The notes beneath the pieces are model-generated. The model did not search any database. It was not told the DNA's origin and saw only the letters and a program-made list of their open reading frames with translations. From Eledone cirrhosa (Eukaryota): 50,723 nt of DNA. Shown piece by piece: positions 27,075-38,810 of the stretch. Location: the NCBI GenBank assembly GCA_964016885.1, contig CAXHJY010000558.1:1-50723 (forward strand), given 5' to 3'. Numbering within the stretch: the stretch's first letter is position 1; each line of letters starts with the position of its first letter. A program made the translations under genes and the position numbers.

Positions 27075-27256
27075 GATCGCTAACCTGCGCCTAATGCGGT
27101 CCCTAGGGCATTGAAAATTTGAAATATGTTTGCTCAAAACACTCACACGACCATAAGTATTACATGTGTAAAGTTTGAAAAAACTCGGTTGGGTGGTTCT
27201 CGAGTTTTAGGGAGTCAGACAGACAGACAGACATTCTCTGTTTTAGATATATAGAT
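27075..27256 (-). mobile_element. Non-autonomous Helitron-like element
   Basis: Minus strand starts TCTATATATCTAAAA, then (TCTG)n, ...CAAACTTTACAC..., ends near a GC-rich hairpin; 3' CTRR not clear. Confidence 0.45.
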
Positions 27257-27365
27257 TTGCTCTACGGTTTTATGTATATTTACATACATATAATCCTTAT
27301 CGAGCCCTCTTCGGATTCTAGTCTTCACATTTTTTATTATTACTATATATATATATATCTAACTA

Positions 27366-27527
27366 TCTAAGGCGGGTAAAATTCCCGAGGTCCATGGACG
27401 AGTTCTCTCCAGCGGTCTCTGTCCCTCATTATCGCTGCCATGTCCTGCGTTTCCAACAGACCAGTGTCTGTCCTTAGGGCATCAACATACGTTAACTTTG
27501 GTCTTCCTCTTCTAGTGTGTCCATGTT
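27366..27527 (-). mobile_element. RTE-clade LINE extreme 3' end
   Basis: HGHTRRGRPKLTYVDALRTDTGLLETQDMAAIMRDRDRWRELV. Confidence 0.78.
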
Positions 27528-27783
27528 AAAAACTCACAATAGTCCTCTATACTCAAAATAGCTCAAGGAAAAAATTTTCCAAGCCTTTTAATACAGTAAA
27601 GAGAGAGTTCAAATCTCAAAAGACAGAAACCGCCAGAATGAAGAAAATGCTGAGTAAAATAGTTCACAGAACCCAATCAAAAGTGAACCGTACTATTTTA
27701 GTCAGTATTTTCTTCACCCTGGCGGTTCCTGTCCCTTGTGATTTGAATACCTATTGTTATATATCCGTGTTCGTCTCTCTTTA

Positions 27784-27831
<48 letters not shown>

Positions 27832-27945
27832 GTGTGTATATGTATAATAAAGCCAAAACAATGCAGGTATGGACATAGAATAAATAATGCAAATGCAAAA
27901 GATATTGTTGACAATTAGTCTTTTACCTTAGATTTATTTAAATGT

Positions 27946-27980
27946 CCTTAATTTTCGAGATAATATCTCTTCTTCGGAGG
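27946..27980 (-). ncRNA. Minimal hammerhead-like motif
   Basis: Minus strand CCT-CCGAAGA-A-GAGAT att ATCTC-GAA-AATT-A-AGG; core variant CCGAAGA. Confidence 0.5.
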
Positions 27981-28028
27981 GAAGTAAAGCGGTTAAACCA
28001 GTGTTCTAAATAGCTTGCCAAGTCATGC

Positions 28029-28077
<49 letters not shown>

Positions 28078-28079
<2 letters not shown>

Positions 28080-28260
28080 CGAAGGAAGTGTGGTAACTAG
28101 GTGGACAATAACGCACCAAAGTACTCAATACTTAGGGTAGTAGTGTGGGTAATAGAATAATGTACAAGACCCCGACGGCAGAGCTCAAGCCGTTTCGACG
28201 GCTATTTCTGGACTGAAATAGCCGTCAAAACGGCTTGAACTCTGCCGTCGGGGACTTGTA
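28078..28260 (-). mobile_element. Family D fold-back insertion between (TA)n tracts
   Basis: Arms 28163-28208 and 28215-28260 centred on ctatttc-tggact-gaaatag. Confidence 0.72.
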
Positions 28261-28268
28261 TATTTATA

Positions 28269-28315
<47 letters not shown>

Positions 28316-28610
28316 ACAATCACATATACTAGCTTCCTCCCATACTCTCACACTTACATCCACGCATACACACACACACACACACACACTTACATCTACA
28401 CCCCCCCCCCACACACCTTACCTTCCGCCATCCCCGCTCGGACTCCAATTCCCTTGCCTTCCCTGACCCATGCACGCCTCTCATTTTTTAAAATTCTGTT
28501 TTTAAATTCTGTTTTTTTTTGGTTTTTTTAATTTTTTTAATATATATTCCGTTTAATTCTATTTTGATTTCATGTTTTATATTTATTGTTATTTCTATCC
28601 CCCCCCCTCC

Positions 28611-28646
28611 TCTCCTGATGAAAGACTTATGTCCGAAACGTCGTAA
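28611..28646 (+). ncRNA. Minimal hammerhead motif (family G)
   Basis: CTGATGA-AAGACTTATGTCC-GAA-ACGT-C; stem I degenerate; related to 41560 and 29700. Confidence 0.55.
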
Positions 28647-28729
28647 CCCCACTCCCTTCATTCTCACCAGGCGGGAAGCCAATGACACTATTTACCATTG
28701 ACTCCTGCGTTTGTTTGTTTGTCATTTTG

Positions 28730-28760
<31 letters not shown>

Positions 28761-28975
28761 AGATCTTTAATATATCTCATATAAAATAATAGCCAATTAT
28801 CCACAAAATACAATATAGTTAGCACTCCAAACGTTTTAATTCGGAATATACTCCGGTATTCCCTAATGTTTGTTGAGTGAGTTGGAAATTGGTCGGAGTA
28901 TCGCTAATAGCTTTCTCCGTTTATGTAGTTATATATATATATATAACATGCCAAGAAAACCTAAGAAAGGCCAGG

Positions 28976-29028
<53 letters not shown>

Positions 29029-29030
<2 letters not shown>

Positions 29031-29217
29031 CGAGGGAAAAGTGGTAAGGAACCAGGTGGACCATAACGCACCAAAGTACTCAATACTTAGGGTAGTAGAG
29101 TGGGTAATAGGAGTAAGTAAGACCCCGACGGCTGAGCTCAAGCCGTTTCGACGGCTAATTCTGTACTGAATTAGCCGTCGAAACGGCTTGAGCTCAGCCG
29201 TCGGGGTCTTACTTACT

Positions 29218-29222
<5 letters not shown>
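29029..29222 (-). mobile_element. Family D fold-back insertion between (TA)n tracts
   Basis: Perfect arms 29107-29161 and 29168-29222 around tgtact; GTC-GAA-ACGGCTTGAGCTCAGCCGT-C-GGGG on both strands. Confidence 0.78.
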
Positions 29223-29266
<44 letters not shown>

Positions 29267-29309
29267 TAAGTAGCACTCAACAATTGATAGAACTGGAGTA
29301 TATATATAG

Positions 29310-29626
<317 letters not shown>

Positions 29627-30388
29627 TGTTGAAAATGAACGAATAAAACAGACAGGAGGCAATTTCACACAGTTATATTAGGTTCACGCGGAAGTGGAGG
29701 AGGTTTCCTTCATCAGGAAAGTTCGGCTAGGGGGGGGGGGGACAGGAACTCCGAGGAGGAGTAAGGAGGATGGTTTAAGGAGGGAAGTTAAAAAGTAAAA
29801 AAAATAGAAAATCGGAAAATATATATGTGTGTATGTGTATACACACACACATCTACACATCTATATATATATATATATGTCAGTCAAGTGTTTACTTGCA
29901 CAATCTGCGTTTACAAGAACTATACATTCTTGTTGTTTTCTGTTGTTGTTGTTGTTGTTGTTGTTGTTTGTGACATTTTACCTTCTCGAGATTAAATTGT
30001 TAATGAAGTCGTTCTTTTGTTTGTTTTCAATTGTTATGTTTCTTGTTATGTTTCTTGTTATTATTTATTTATTAATGGTGAGAATAATTAGTATTAGTTT
30101 CTCAAGGGGTTTCTACGTTTCAGTACTGTGGCAAGTTAACAAAGGACATCTTTACAACTACCTGTGGCGTACTTTCACTACTGTGTACAAGCCAGCCTAG
30201 CTAGCTAGTTGCACATATTTACTGCTATGTAACCTGTTTACATCCACATCAGAGGTTCTCAAACTTTTAGGGTCGCTGCCCCTCTCTCACGGCCACGCAA
30301 TACCCTCAGCGTCCCCACCCCTATTTCCAGAGAGACCTGCCTATACCCAAATTGTAAATAATATATAATAAATAAAATCGTTAACTTA

Positions 30389-30651
30389 TAATGTTTCTAC
30401 TTTTGGCACAAGGACAGCAATTACCCCAGTGCATTACTTTGATAAAACTTTGATAGGTTTTGGCCAGTATTGACCCAGGCCATGTCTAACTTAATAGCAC
30501 CACCTGGTTAATAGCATCACTTGGGTGCTTTGTTTTATCGACCCCGTAAGGATGAAAGGCAAAGTTAACCTCGGCGGGATTTGAACTCAGAATGTAAAGA
30601 GCCATAACTCTATGCTGCTGACGCTCTACCGATACTGCCAATCCACTGCCC
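30389..30651 (-). mobile_element. tRNA-derived SINE with an internal ~85-bp insertion
   Basis: Same family as 18633-18820. Confidence 0.8.
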
Positions 30652-30912
30652 TGGTGAAATTATAATAATAATTTCTACAGTAGTATAGTAAATAAGAAGT
30701 ATTGTGAGATATGTAATAAATAACTGATAAGTTTCAGAAAGCCAATACAGTGTAGTAGAAATATATAAAGGGCAAAGGATGACAAATAAAAAATAAAAAA
30801 AACGTGATTTGAACTCAGAACATAAAGGGTGCTTGACGATCTACTGATACTTATATAATATATACTATGTATATATAAATATTGTATATTTTTTATTTTA
30901 CTATATTTATAT

Positions 30913-31101
30913 ATAATTGTTTCTACTTTAGGCACAAGGCCAGCAATTACCAGTGCATTACTGGTACTTTATTTTATCGACCCCGTAAGGATGAAAGGCA
31001 AAGTCAACCTCGGCGGGATTTGAACTCAGATGGTAAAGGGACGTAACTACGCTGGAAAGCATGGCGTCCGACCCTCTACCGATACTGCCAATCCACCGCC
31101 C
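30913..31101 (-). mobile_element. Full-length tRNA-derived SINE
   Basis: Same family as 18633-18820. Confidence 0.88.
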
Positions 31102-31439
31102 TTATTTATATATAATATATATCATTTGATATCTAATATACTACTATATCATCTCTACTTCCTCCCACCCCCTTAGGTCCCAACGATCCCCCGGGGGCGA
31201 TAGCGCCCGCTTTGAGAACGTCTGAGCTATATCGACTGAACTATTGGTTTATTTAATGACTTTAACGAAGGGCTGCCCAGCGTGAAATGCCGGATGTCAG
31301 TTGAATCAATGTGCAAGACCCTTTGGTTTAGATTCTGCAGACCTTTATAACTTTATAATTCAACAATCCAAGCTAATGAAACACTCGTGAAATGTATACT
31401 GCTCCCGCTGCTTACTGCAGCAAGCTGTGCTTAAGTACA

Positions 31440-31662
31440 AGATGTGTTCGTGAACGCGGCGTGTAAAGCAAATTCGCGTAATTCAAGTTTAATTTTTCCA
31501 TTTAAATTAATTATATTTCTGATGAATACAAAAATAAAAAATAAAAAACACTCGTTATAGCGCGTTATTCGCACAAAATGAATATTTAATAATATTTTTT
31601 TCAAGATCGTTAAAGCGAATTCGCATACTTGAAGTTCGCGCGTAAAAAGCTAGCAGACTGTA
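31440..31662 (-). mobile_element. Tigger-like fragment
   Basis: Reverse complement TA-CAGTCTGCTAGCTTTTTACGCGCGAAC with internal subterminal repeats (taaagc.aattcgc). Confidence 0.4.
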
Positions 31663-32015
31663 CATGTATGTAACCTATTTACATCTAGATGACCTGTACC
31701 AGTAGTTACTTGAGTGTCTTAACAAAGAGCCACATACGCTTATATACAGGACGTCGATTAACAAAGTCCGATTTCCCCTCTGTTACATTCTCCAGACCTA
31801 TGAACAGTTTTGAGAGTAGGTGATTTAAGATTCTTTACGTCTGGCTCTAGTTGCTAATGTTTATATAGTATATAGTTCATAATTTGAACAGAAACTACCG
31901 GTATGCAGAATTAGGTTATCTGCATTTGCTGTTATACACATATGCCTCGCCTCTAAGGCTATTGTACCCGATTTTCTAACACTTATTATTGTAGCGAATC
32001 TGCATTTGGATTTTA

Positions 32016-32154
<139 letters not shown>

Positions 32155-32532
32155 ATTTAAAATTATAGATGTCATGTTTGAGATAATCCCCGAACATGTG
32201 CCTTATCACCCAAGAAAAATTCAAGGAATAAATCCGAGCATTTAATCATTGCAAAATAGTGAATGACATATATACGTATATTAAATGATATAAACGTACG
32301 ATAGAACATCAAACAGTACGGCCACATATTAAAACTTAACGAAAATTTCAAATATAGATACAAAAAATTATATTTTCCTTCATACGTATCATTCAAGAAT
32401 TATATATATATATATATATATGTAATAAACAACATAACGCAATTATTATTACATAACTAAGCTCTGTTACCTACATAGAGCACTCTTTTTTCCTGGACTT
32501 TTCCGACGGAATTACTTCATTCACACATATAT

Positions 32533-32593
<61 letters not shown>

Positions 32594-32598
<5 letters not shown>

Positions 32599-32695
32599 AA
32601 AGAGTCAGGACCCCGTCGGCTGAGCTCCGGCCATTTCGACTGCTAGATCCGAACTCAGCCACTAGTATTAGAACGGCGGGAATCTAGCTGAACTT
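32594..32695 (-). mobile_element. Family D fragment after (TA)n
   Basis: tagggaaagagtcaggaccccgtcggctgagctccggccatttcgac matches 11548-11592. Confidence 0.65.
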
Positions 32696-32987
32696 ATAAG
32701 GGGTACAGTCCATATATGGGCATGCAGTCAAAGCAAAAAAGAAAGCCAAAAATATATAAGCAAAAAAAATCATATATATATATATATATATAACCTTTGG
32801 TATTGTGTGTTAGGGTTTGCCTACCACAATGTTCAATTTGTCAAGCTATTTAAACGTATGTTATTACTCTTAGGACCTACCCTTATTGAGTGCTTTGCTA
32901 ACTCATTCATATTGTAGGTCGACTTTGCTTGCCCACAGCCAAAGCTTCGATTTGACTAAGCTTCCACTTGTATATATATATATATAT

Positions 32988-33113
32988 AATTGTTTCTACT
33001 TTTGGCACAAGGCCAGCAATTACCCAGTGCATTACTGGTACTTTATTTTATCGACCCCTGTAAGGATGAAAGGCAAAATTAACCTCGGCGGGATTTGAGG
33101 TTAATTTTGCCTT
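32988..33113 (-). mobile_element. 5'-truncated SINE ending in a fold-back, between TA tracts
   Basis: aaggcaaaattaacctc ggcgggattt gaggttaattttgcctt. Confidence 0.8.
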
Positions 33114-33636
33114 AATATATATATATATATATAATCAAGTGTCAAATTTCTCTACTGTGGTCTTTTCCCGATTCCCATTGCGAATCCACCCATTATATAT
33201 ATATATATGTGTGTGTGTGTGTAGGCAAGTAGTTCTACTGGTTTACTCATCGACAAGATATTGTGGCTGATTTAACGATTCCATTTTCCGTTCTTCATGG
33301 CTACCTTCTATCTTCTATATAAAGTTGACTCCACATAAAGTAATTTGTCTAACAACAACGCCAGGATTCTCTCCCCCTTAATAAAGTAAACGGTAACTTG
33401 TATGATTCATAAATCTGACGTGTTTATATATATATATACACACACGCACACGTGTGTGTGTGTACAGAGTTGAGAATGAAATATAAACCTTATGGAGATG
33501 GAATATCATGAATATAATTATATATATGTGTGTGTGTGTGTGTGTGTGCATATATATATATTTTTTTTAAAAGTTGAGGCAGTAAACAAAACAAAAAAAA
33601 AACGTGGAAGCGAAGAGTATATATATATATATAGAG

Positions 33637-34026
33637 AGAGAAAATTGAGGTTGGTAATGGCACATGGAATATATAAGAGACAGAATACTTTTTTGTGAAA
33701 AAACATATAATTTTATAAGGTAAGGAAATAATAAAGGGTATAAAAAATGACCGGTTTCGATGGGTCTGCAAAAGCCATCTTTTCAAATGTTGATTAATAT
33801 TAAGAAAAATTAATAATCGGAAGAGTTAAAATTTTAACTCTTCCTATTATTAATTTTTCTTAATATTAATCAACATTTGAAAAGATGGCTTTTGCAGACC
33901 CATCGAAACCGGTCATTTTTTATACCCTTTATTATTTCCTTACCTTATAAAATTATATGTTTTTTCACAAAAAAGTATTCTGTCTCTTATATATTCCATG
34001 TGCCATTACCAACCTCAATTTTCTCT
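33637..34026. mobile_element. Loopless ~390-bp palindrome (family E) with a degenerate hammerhead in each arm
   Basis: Centre aagagttaaaa|ttttaactctt at ~33831; plus arm TTGAAAA-GATGG...CCATC-GAA-ACCGGT-C at 33872-33918. Confidence 0.78.
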
Positions 34027-34136
34027 ATAACCTTCGTTTTGTGTAGTAAATTACACTTTTCATATATATATATTATATATATATATATATATATTCTTAT
34101 TTAATCTATACATATTTAATATATACATATTTAATC

Positions 34137-34227
34137 ACATATTACATATGTTTCACAGCCGACCGACTCGAAGAACGATCAATTATGTTCGTTCCTGACT
34201 CTGGAACCGAAAGCTCTTCAGATATGT
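34137..34227 (-). ncRNA. Type I hammerhead with extended stem II (family F)
   Basis: Minus strand ACATAT-CTGAAGA-GC...(~55 nt)...GT-GAA-ACATATGT-A-ATATGT: perfect 6-bp stem I, palindromic stem III. Confidence 0.7.
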
Positions 34228-34414
34228 TTTCTCACATGTAGACACACGTCCAAATGTCATGTATATATATATATATATATATATAATTGGTGTTGGATGC
34301 TTAAAGCGTCCGTAAGCGGTAGGTCGTTTGAGCACTCGATGCTCTTACAGAGCAGAGTTTGATACCACATAAGAAACGGAGAATCAGTGTTGCGACGAAA
34401 ACAATTTATTAGAC

Positions 34415-34503
34415 ATATTACAATCGTTTCTCTGGCGACCAGCTCGAGGCACGATCGATGTAATGATCGAACCTGACTCTGAAATCGCAAGGTCCTCAGA
34501 TAT
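34415..34503 (-). ncRNA. Type I hammerhead with extended stem II (family F), within a small inverted structure
   Basis: Minus strand ATAT-CTGAGGA...GAAA-CGATTG-TA-ATAT; gtcctcagatatctgaggac fold-back at the core; inverted repeat 34366-34388 / 34510-34532. Confidence 0.62.
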
Positions 34504-34529
34504 CTGAGGACTGATTCTCCGTTTCTTAT

Positions 34530-34586
<57 letters not shown>

Positions 34587-34596
34587 GTGTGTGAGG

Positions 34597-35223
<627 letters not shown>

Positions 35224-35244
35224 TCTCTCTCTCTCTCTCTCTCT

Positions 35245-35370
35245 CATACACGATGGTTTCCTTCGAGTGAAACAGTTCTAGTCCTTTTGAAGCCATTTCT
35301 ATATTAAATCTTGTATATACTCTATGTATTGGGTTCCTTACTTACTGTGGTTACCGGTGATTGAACCCGG
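35245..35370. mobile_element. Family C remnant (degenerate hammerhead plus inverted upstream part)
   Basis: tttccttcgagtgaaacagttctagtcc...gaagccatttct matches 11822-11865; tatgtattgggttccttacttactgtggttacc matches 10708-10740. Confidence 0.6.
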
Positions 35371-35383
35371 GACGCGCACACAG

Positions 35384-35419
<36 letters not shown>

Positions 35420-35570
35420 CAAGATTTAACCAGTATTAAACTAGTGATACCATTATTCAACACAGTACTCGATACATTGAATAACAGAGTGACTATATAT
35501 ATATATGTATGTATGTATATATGTATGTATATATATGCATGTATTATGTATGTATGCATGCGTGTGTGTT

Positions 35571-35616
<46 letters not shown>

Positions 35617-35629
35617 TAATGAGTTATTT

Positions 35630-36050
35630 AATTTGTTGCTTATTCAACAAATTTAGTTTATAACAGATTAGAAGCACTCAACAAATATCACTCGGGAATA
35701 GAATATCAATAATATTAATAAATGGAAGCTATCTTTATAAAACCATATTTATTTTATTATATATATTTCAAGGGTACCAAAATTTTGGTACGCACTCATC
35801 AGATAAAATACAAAAGTTGTTTTACAAATAGTGACATATTCAAACTAGAACTTAATGTTTTGAATAGTGGAGAAGAACTTCGAATTACAAGACGAATTAG
35901 CATATTCATCTTGTAATTTGAAGTTCTTCTTCACTATTCAAATAGAACTCAAAACATAAGTTCTTATCTGGATATGTCACTATCTGTAAAACCACTTTTG
36001 TATTTTATCTGCTGAGTGCGTACCAAAATGTTGGTACCATTGAAATCTAA
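35630..36050. mobile_element. Family B diverged fold-back insertion; right-arm hammerhead interrupted by a SINE
   Basis: Arms ~35765-35895 and ~35908-36045. Confidence 0.72.
35750..35810 (-). ncRNA. Type I hammerhead ribozyme motif (family B)
   Basis: Minus strand TATTTTAT-CTGATGA-GTGC-GTACCAAA at TTTGGTAC-CCTT-GAAA-TATATA-TA-ATAAAATA. Confidence 0.72.
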
Positions 36051-36054
36051 ACTA

Positions 36055-36239
36055 TAATTGTTTCTACTTTAGGCACAAGGCCAGCAATTACCCAGTGCAT
36101 TACTGGTACTTTATTTTATCGACCCCGTTAGGATGAAAGGCAAAGTCAACCTCGGCGGGATTTGAACTCAGATCGTAAAGGGACGTAACTATGCTGGAAA
36201 GCATGGCGTCCGACCCTCTACCGATACTGCCAATCCACC
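36055..36239 (-). mobile_element. Full-length SINE with 23-bp target-site duplication
   Basis: accattgaaatctaaactataat at 36036-36058 and 36240-36262. Confidence 0.9.
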
Positions 36240-36335
36240 ACCATTGAAATCTAAACTATAATAAAGGATGGTCTGCGGGACTGCGTACGGTTTATTCTCT
36301 TTTTATCCCGTTTGTAAAATAAGTTGGATTACTTT

Positions 36336-36817
36336 GAATAAATAATTGTTTCTACTTTAGGCACAAGGCCAGCAATTACCTAGTGCATTACTGGTACTTT
36401 ATTTTATCGACCCCGTAAGGATGAAAGGCAAAGTCAACCTCGGCGGGATTTGAACTCGGATCGTAAAGGGACGTAACTATGCTGGAAAGCATGGCGCCCG
36501 ACCCTCTACCGATACTGCCAATTCTGAATAAATAATTGTTTCTAGTTTTGGCACAAGGCCAGCAAATTACCCAGTGCATTACTGGTACTTTATTTTATCG
36601 ACCCACGTAAGGATGAAAGGCAAAGTCAACCTCGGCGGGATTTGAACTCGGATCGTAAAGGGACGTAACTATGCTGGAAAGCATGGCGTCCGACCCTCTA
36701 CCGATACTGCCAATTCTGAATAAATAATTGTTTCTACTTTAGGCACAAGGCCAGCAATTTTCCCAGTACATTACTGGTACTTTATTTTATCGACCCCCGT
36801 AAGGATGAAAGGCAAAG
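36336..36817 (-). mobile_element. Head-to-tail SINE array (~2.5 units of ~190 bp)
   Basis: Junction tgaataaataattgtttct recurs at ~36335, ~36526 and ~36717. Confidence 0.88.
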
Positions 36818-36999
36818 AATGAATATTACATCATTTATCTACTCAATTTCGTAAACGAAAATAATTTCGTAAAAATAAATAATTTCAAATTGACTTCTTT
36901 TCAAAGTTGCACTTCCGGTATATCCTCGCCGCCGCCACCACTACTTCAACTACCATATATATAGAAAGAGAGAGTTTGTGATGAGAGAGATAGAGAGAT

Positions 37000-37126
37000 T
37001 ATGACTTTCTTGGGATCCAGTTGGATCAGTTACAGATGTTTGCTTCTGACAGACTCCCTGGAAGGAGTGTTTGAGAAGGACTCTGCCCCTACGACCTTCT
37101 CAGAAATAAGTGGGCGAAGAAGAAGA
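37000..37126 (+). mobile_element. Probable RTE LINE extreme 3' end with (GAA)n tail
   Basis: GIQLDQLQMFASDR..WKE-like translation followed by gaagaagaaga. Confidence 0.45.
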
Positions 37127-37370
37127 TATCAATTTACTTTTTAATTTACATATATCTATATGCATATATGTTGTAATAAAATGAAAACGAAATTTCATTT
37201 CTCACTCTGAGTACGGCACTTACTTAAATGTAAGTATGTATGTATACGTACATACATACTTACATTCAGGCTGTTCAGTTTGTTTACAAACGAACAAAGC
37301 GGGCGTTATAATAAGCGCCCGCTAAACTGATACGTACATATATGTATGTGTACCTGTATGTATATATATG

Positions 37371-37410
<40 letters not shown>

Positions 37411-37414
<4 letters not shown>

Positions 37415-37446
37415 TGCTACTGTACGTCTGTATACATATATATATG

Positions 37447-37477
<31 letters not shown>

Positions 37478-37690
37478 GCATATGCATGCTACTGTACGTC
37501 TGTATACATATATGTATATATATATATATATATGCATGCTACTGTACGTCTGTATACATATATGTATGTATGTATATATATATATATATATATATGCATG
37601 CTACTGTACGTCTGTATACATATATGTATGTATGTATATATATATATATATATATGCATGCTACTGTACGTCTGTATACATATATGTATG

Positions 37691-37726
<36 letters not shown>

Positions 37727-37758
37727 TGCTACTGTACGTCTGTATACATATATATATG

Positions 37759-37798
<40 letters not shown>

Positions 37799-37882
37799 TG
37801 CTACTGTACGTCTGTATATATGTATGTATGTGTATATATATATATATATATGCATGCTACTGTACGTCTGTATACATGTATG

Positions 37883-37913
<31 letters not shown>

Positions 37914-37937
37914 GCATGCTACTGTACGTCTGTATAC

Positions 37938-37970
<33 letters not shown>

Positions 37971-38040
37971 TGTATGTATGTATGTATGTATGTATATATA
38001 TATATGCATGCTACTGTACGTCTGTATACATATATGTATG

Positions 38041-38076
<36 letters not shown>

Positions 38077-38104
38077 TGCTACTGTACGTCTGTATACATA
38101 TATG

Positions 38105-38162
<58 letters not shown>

Positions 38163-38200
38163 TGCTACTGTACCTCTGTATACATATATGTATGTACGTA
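37411..38200. repeat. Compound minisatellite: 12 copies of GCATGCTACTGTACGTCTGTATACAT separated by variable (TATG)/(TA) tracts
   Basis: Direct count. Confidence 0.92.
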
Positions 38201-38500
38201 TACATACATACTTACATATATGCATATATATTTGCGTATAATACCAATATGCACACTACATATGCTAGCAGAATACCGCACGAGGGCGGTTTTTCTGCTA
38301 GTATATATAATAAAATAAATATGGTTTTATAAAAACAGTTTCCATTTATTAATATTATTGATATATGTATATATATATACACACTGTATATACATACATA
38401 AATATATATATATATATGTGTGTGTGTGTGTATGTATATAGTGTACCCCCGGGTATCGCGATCTCGGTTATTCGCGGATTTTTTTCATTAGAACCTATCA

Positions 38501-38691
38501 TAATTATTTCTACTTTTGGCACAAGGCCAGCAATTACTCAGTACATTACTGGTACTTTATTTTATCGAGCCCGTAAGGATGAAAGGCAAAGTTAACCTCG
38601 GCGGGATTTGAACTCAGAATAGAAAGGGCCGTAGCTCTATGCGTCAAAGCATGACGTCCGACCCTCTACCGAAACTGCCAATCCACTGCCC
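38501..38691 (-). mobile_element. tRNA-derived SINE
   Basis: Same family as 18633-18820. Confidence 0.85.
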
Positions 38692-38810
38692 TATATAATA
38701 ATAATAATTGTGCGTGGAAACCATCGCATATTCGCGGAACCGTAAATGTCTTCCGCAATTTTTTTAATGGATTGGTTCGTGGCAATATTTATATATTTAA
38801 CGCTAAATTA

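Larger units (their letters stand above)
30250..31224. mobile_element. hAT/Charlie-like MITE carrying two SINE insertions
   Basis: TIR CAGAGGTTCTCAAAC / CTTTGAGAACGTCTG; degenerate 8-bp TSD atccacat / agctatat. Confidence 0.6.

Noticed and set aside
29690-29720. Family G hammerhead copy on the minus strand
   Set aside because: CTGATGAAGG is present but stem II is deleted; a remnant only, not listed as a ribozyme
36905-36945. Promoter-like CACTTCCGGT / CGCCGCCGCC patch
   Set aside because: Short motifs expected by chance; no linked gene
37411-38200. CRISPR-like repeat-spacer pattern
   Set aside because: Spacers are only TA/TATG runs, the context is eukaryotic and no cas genes are present
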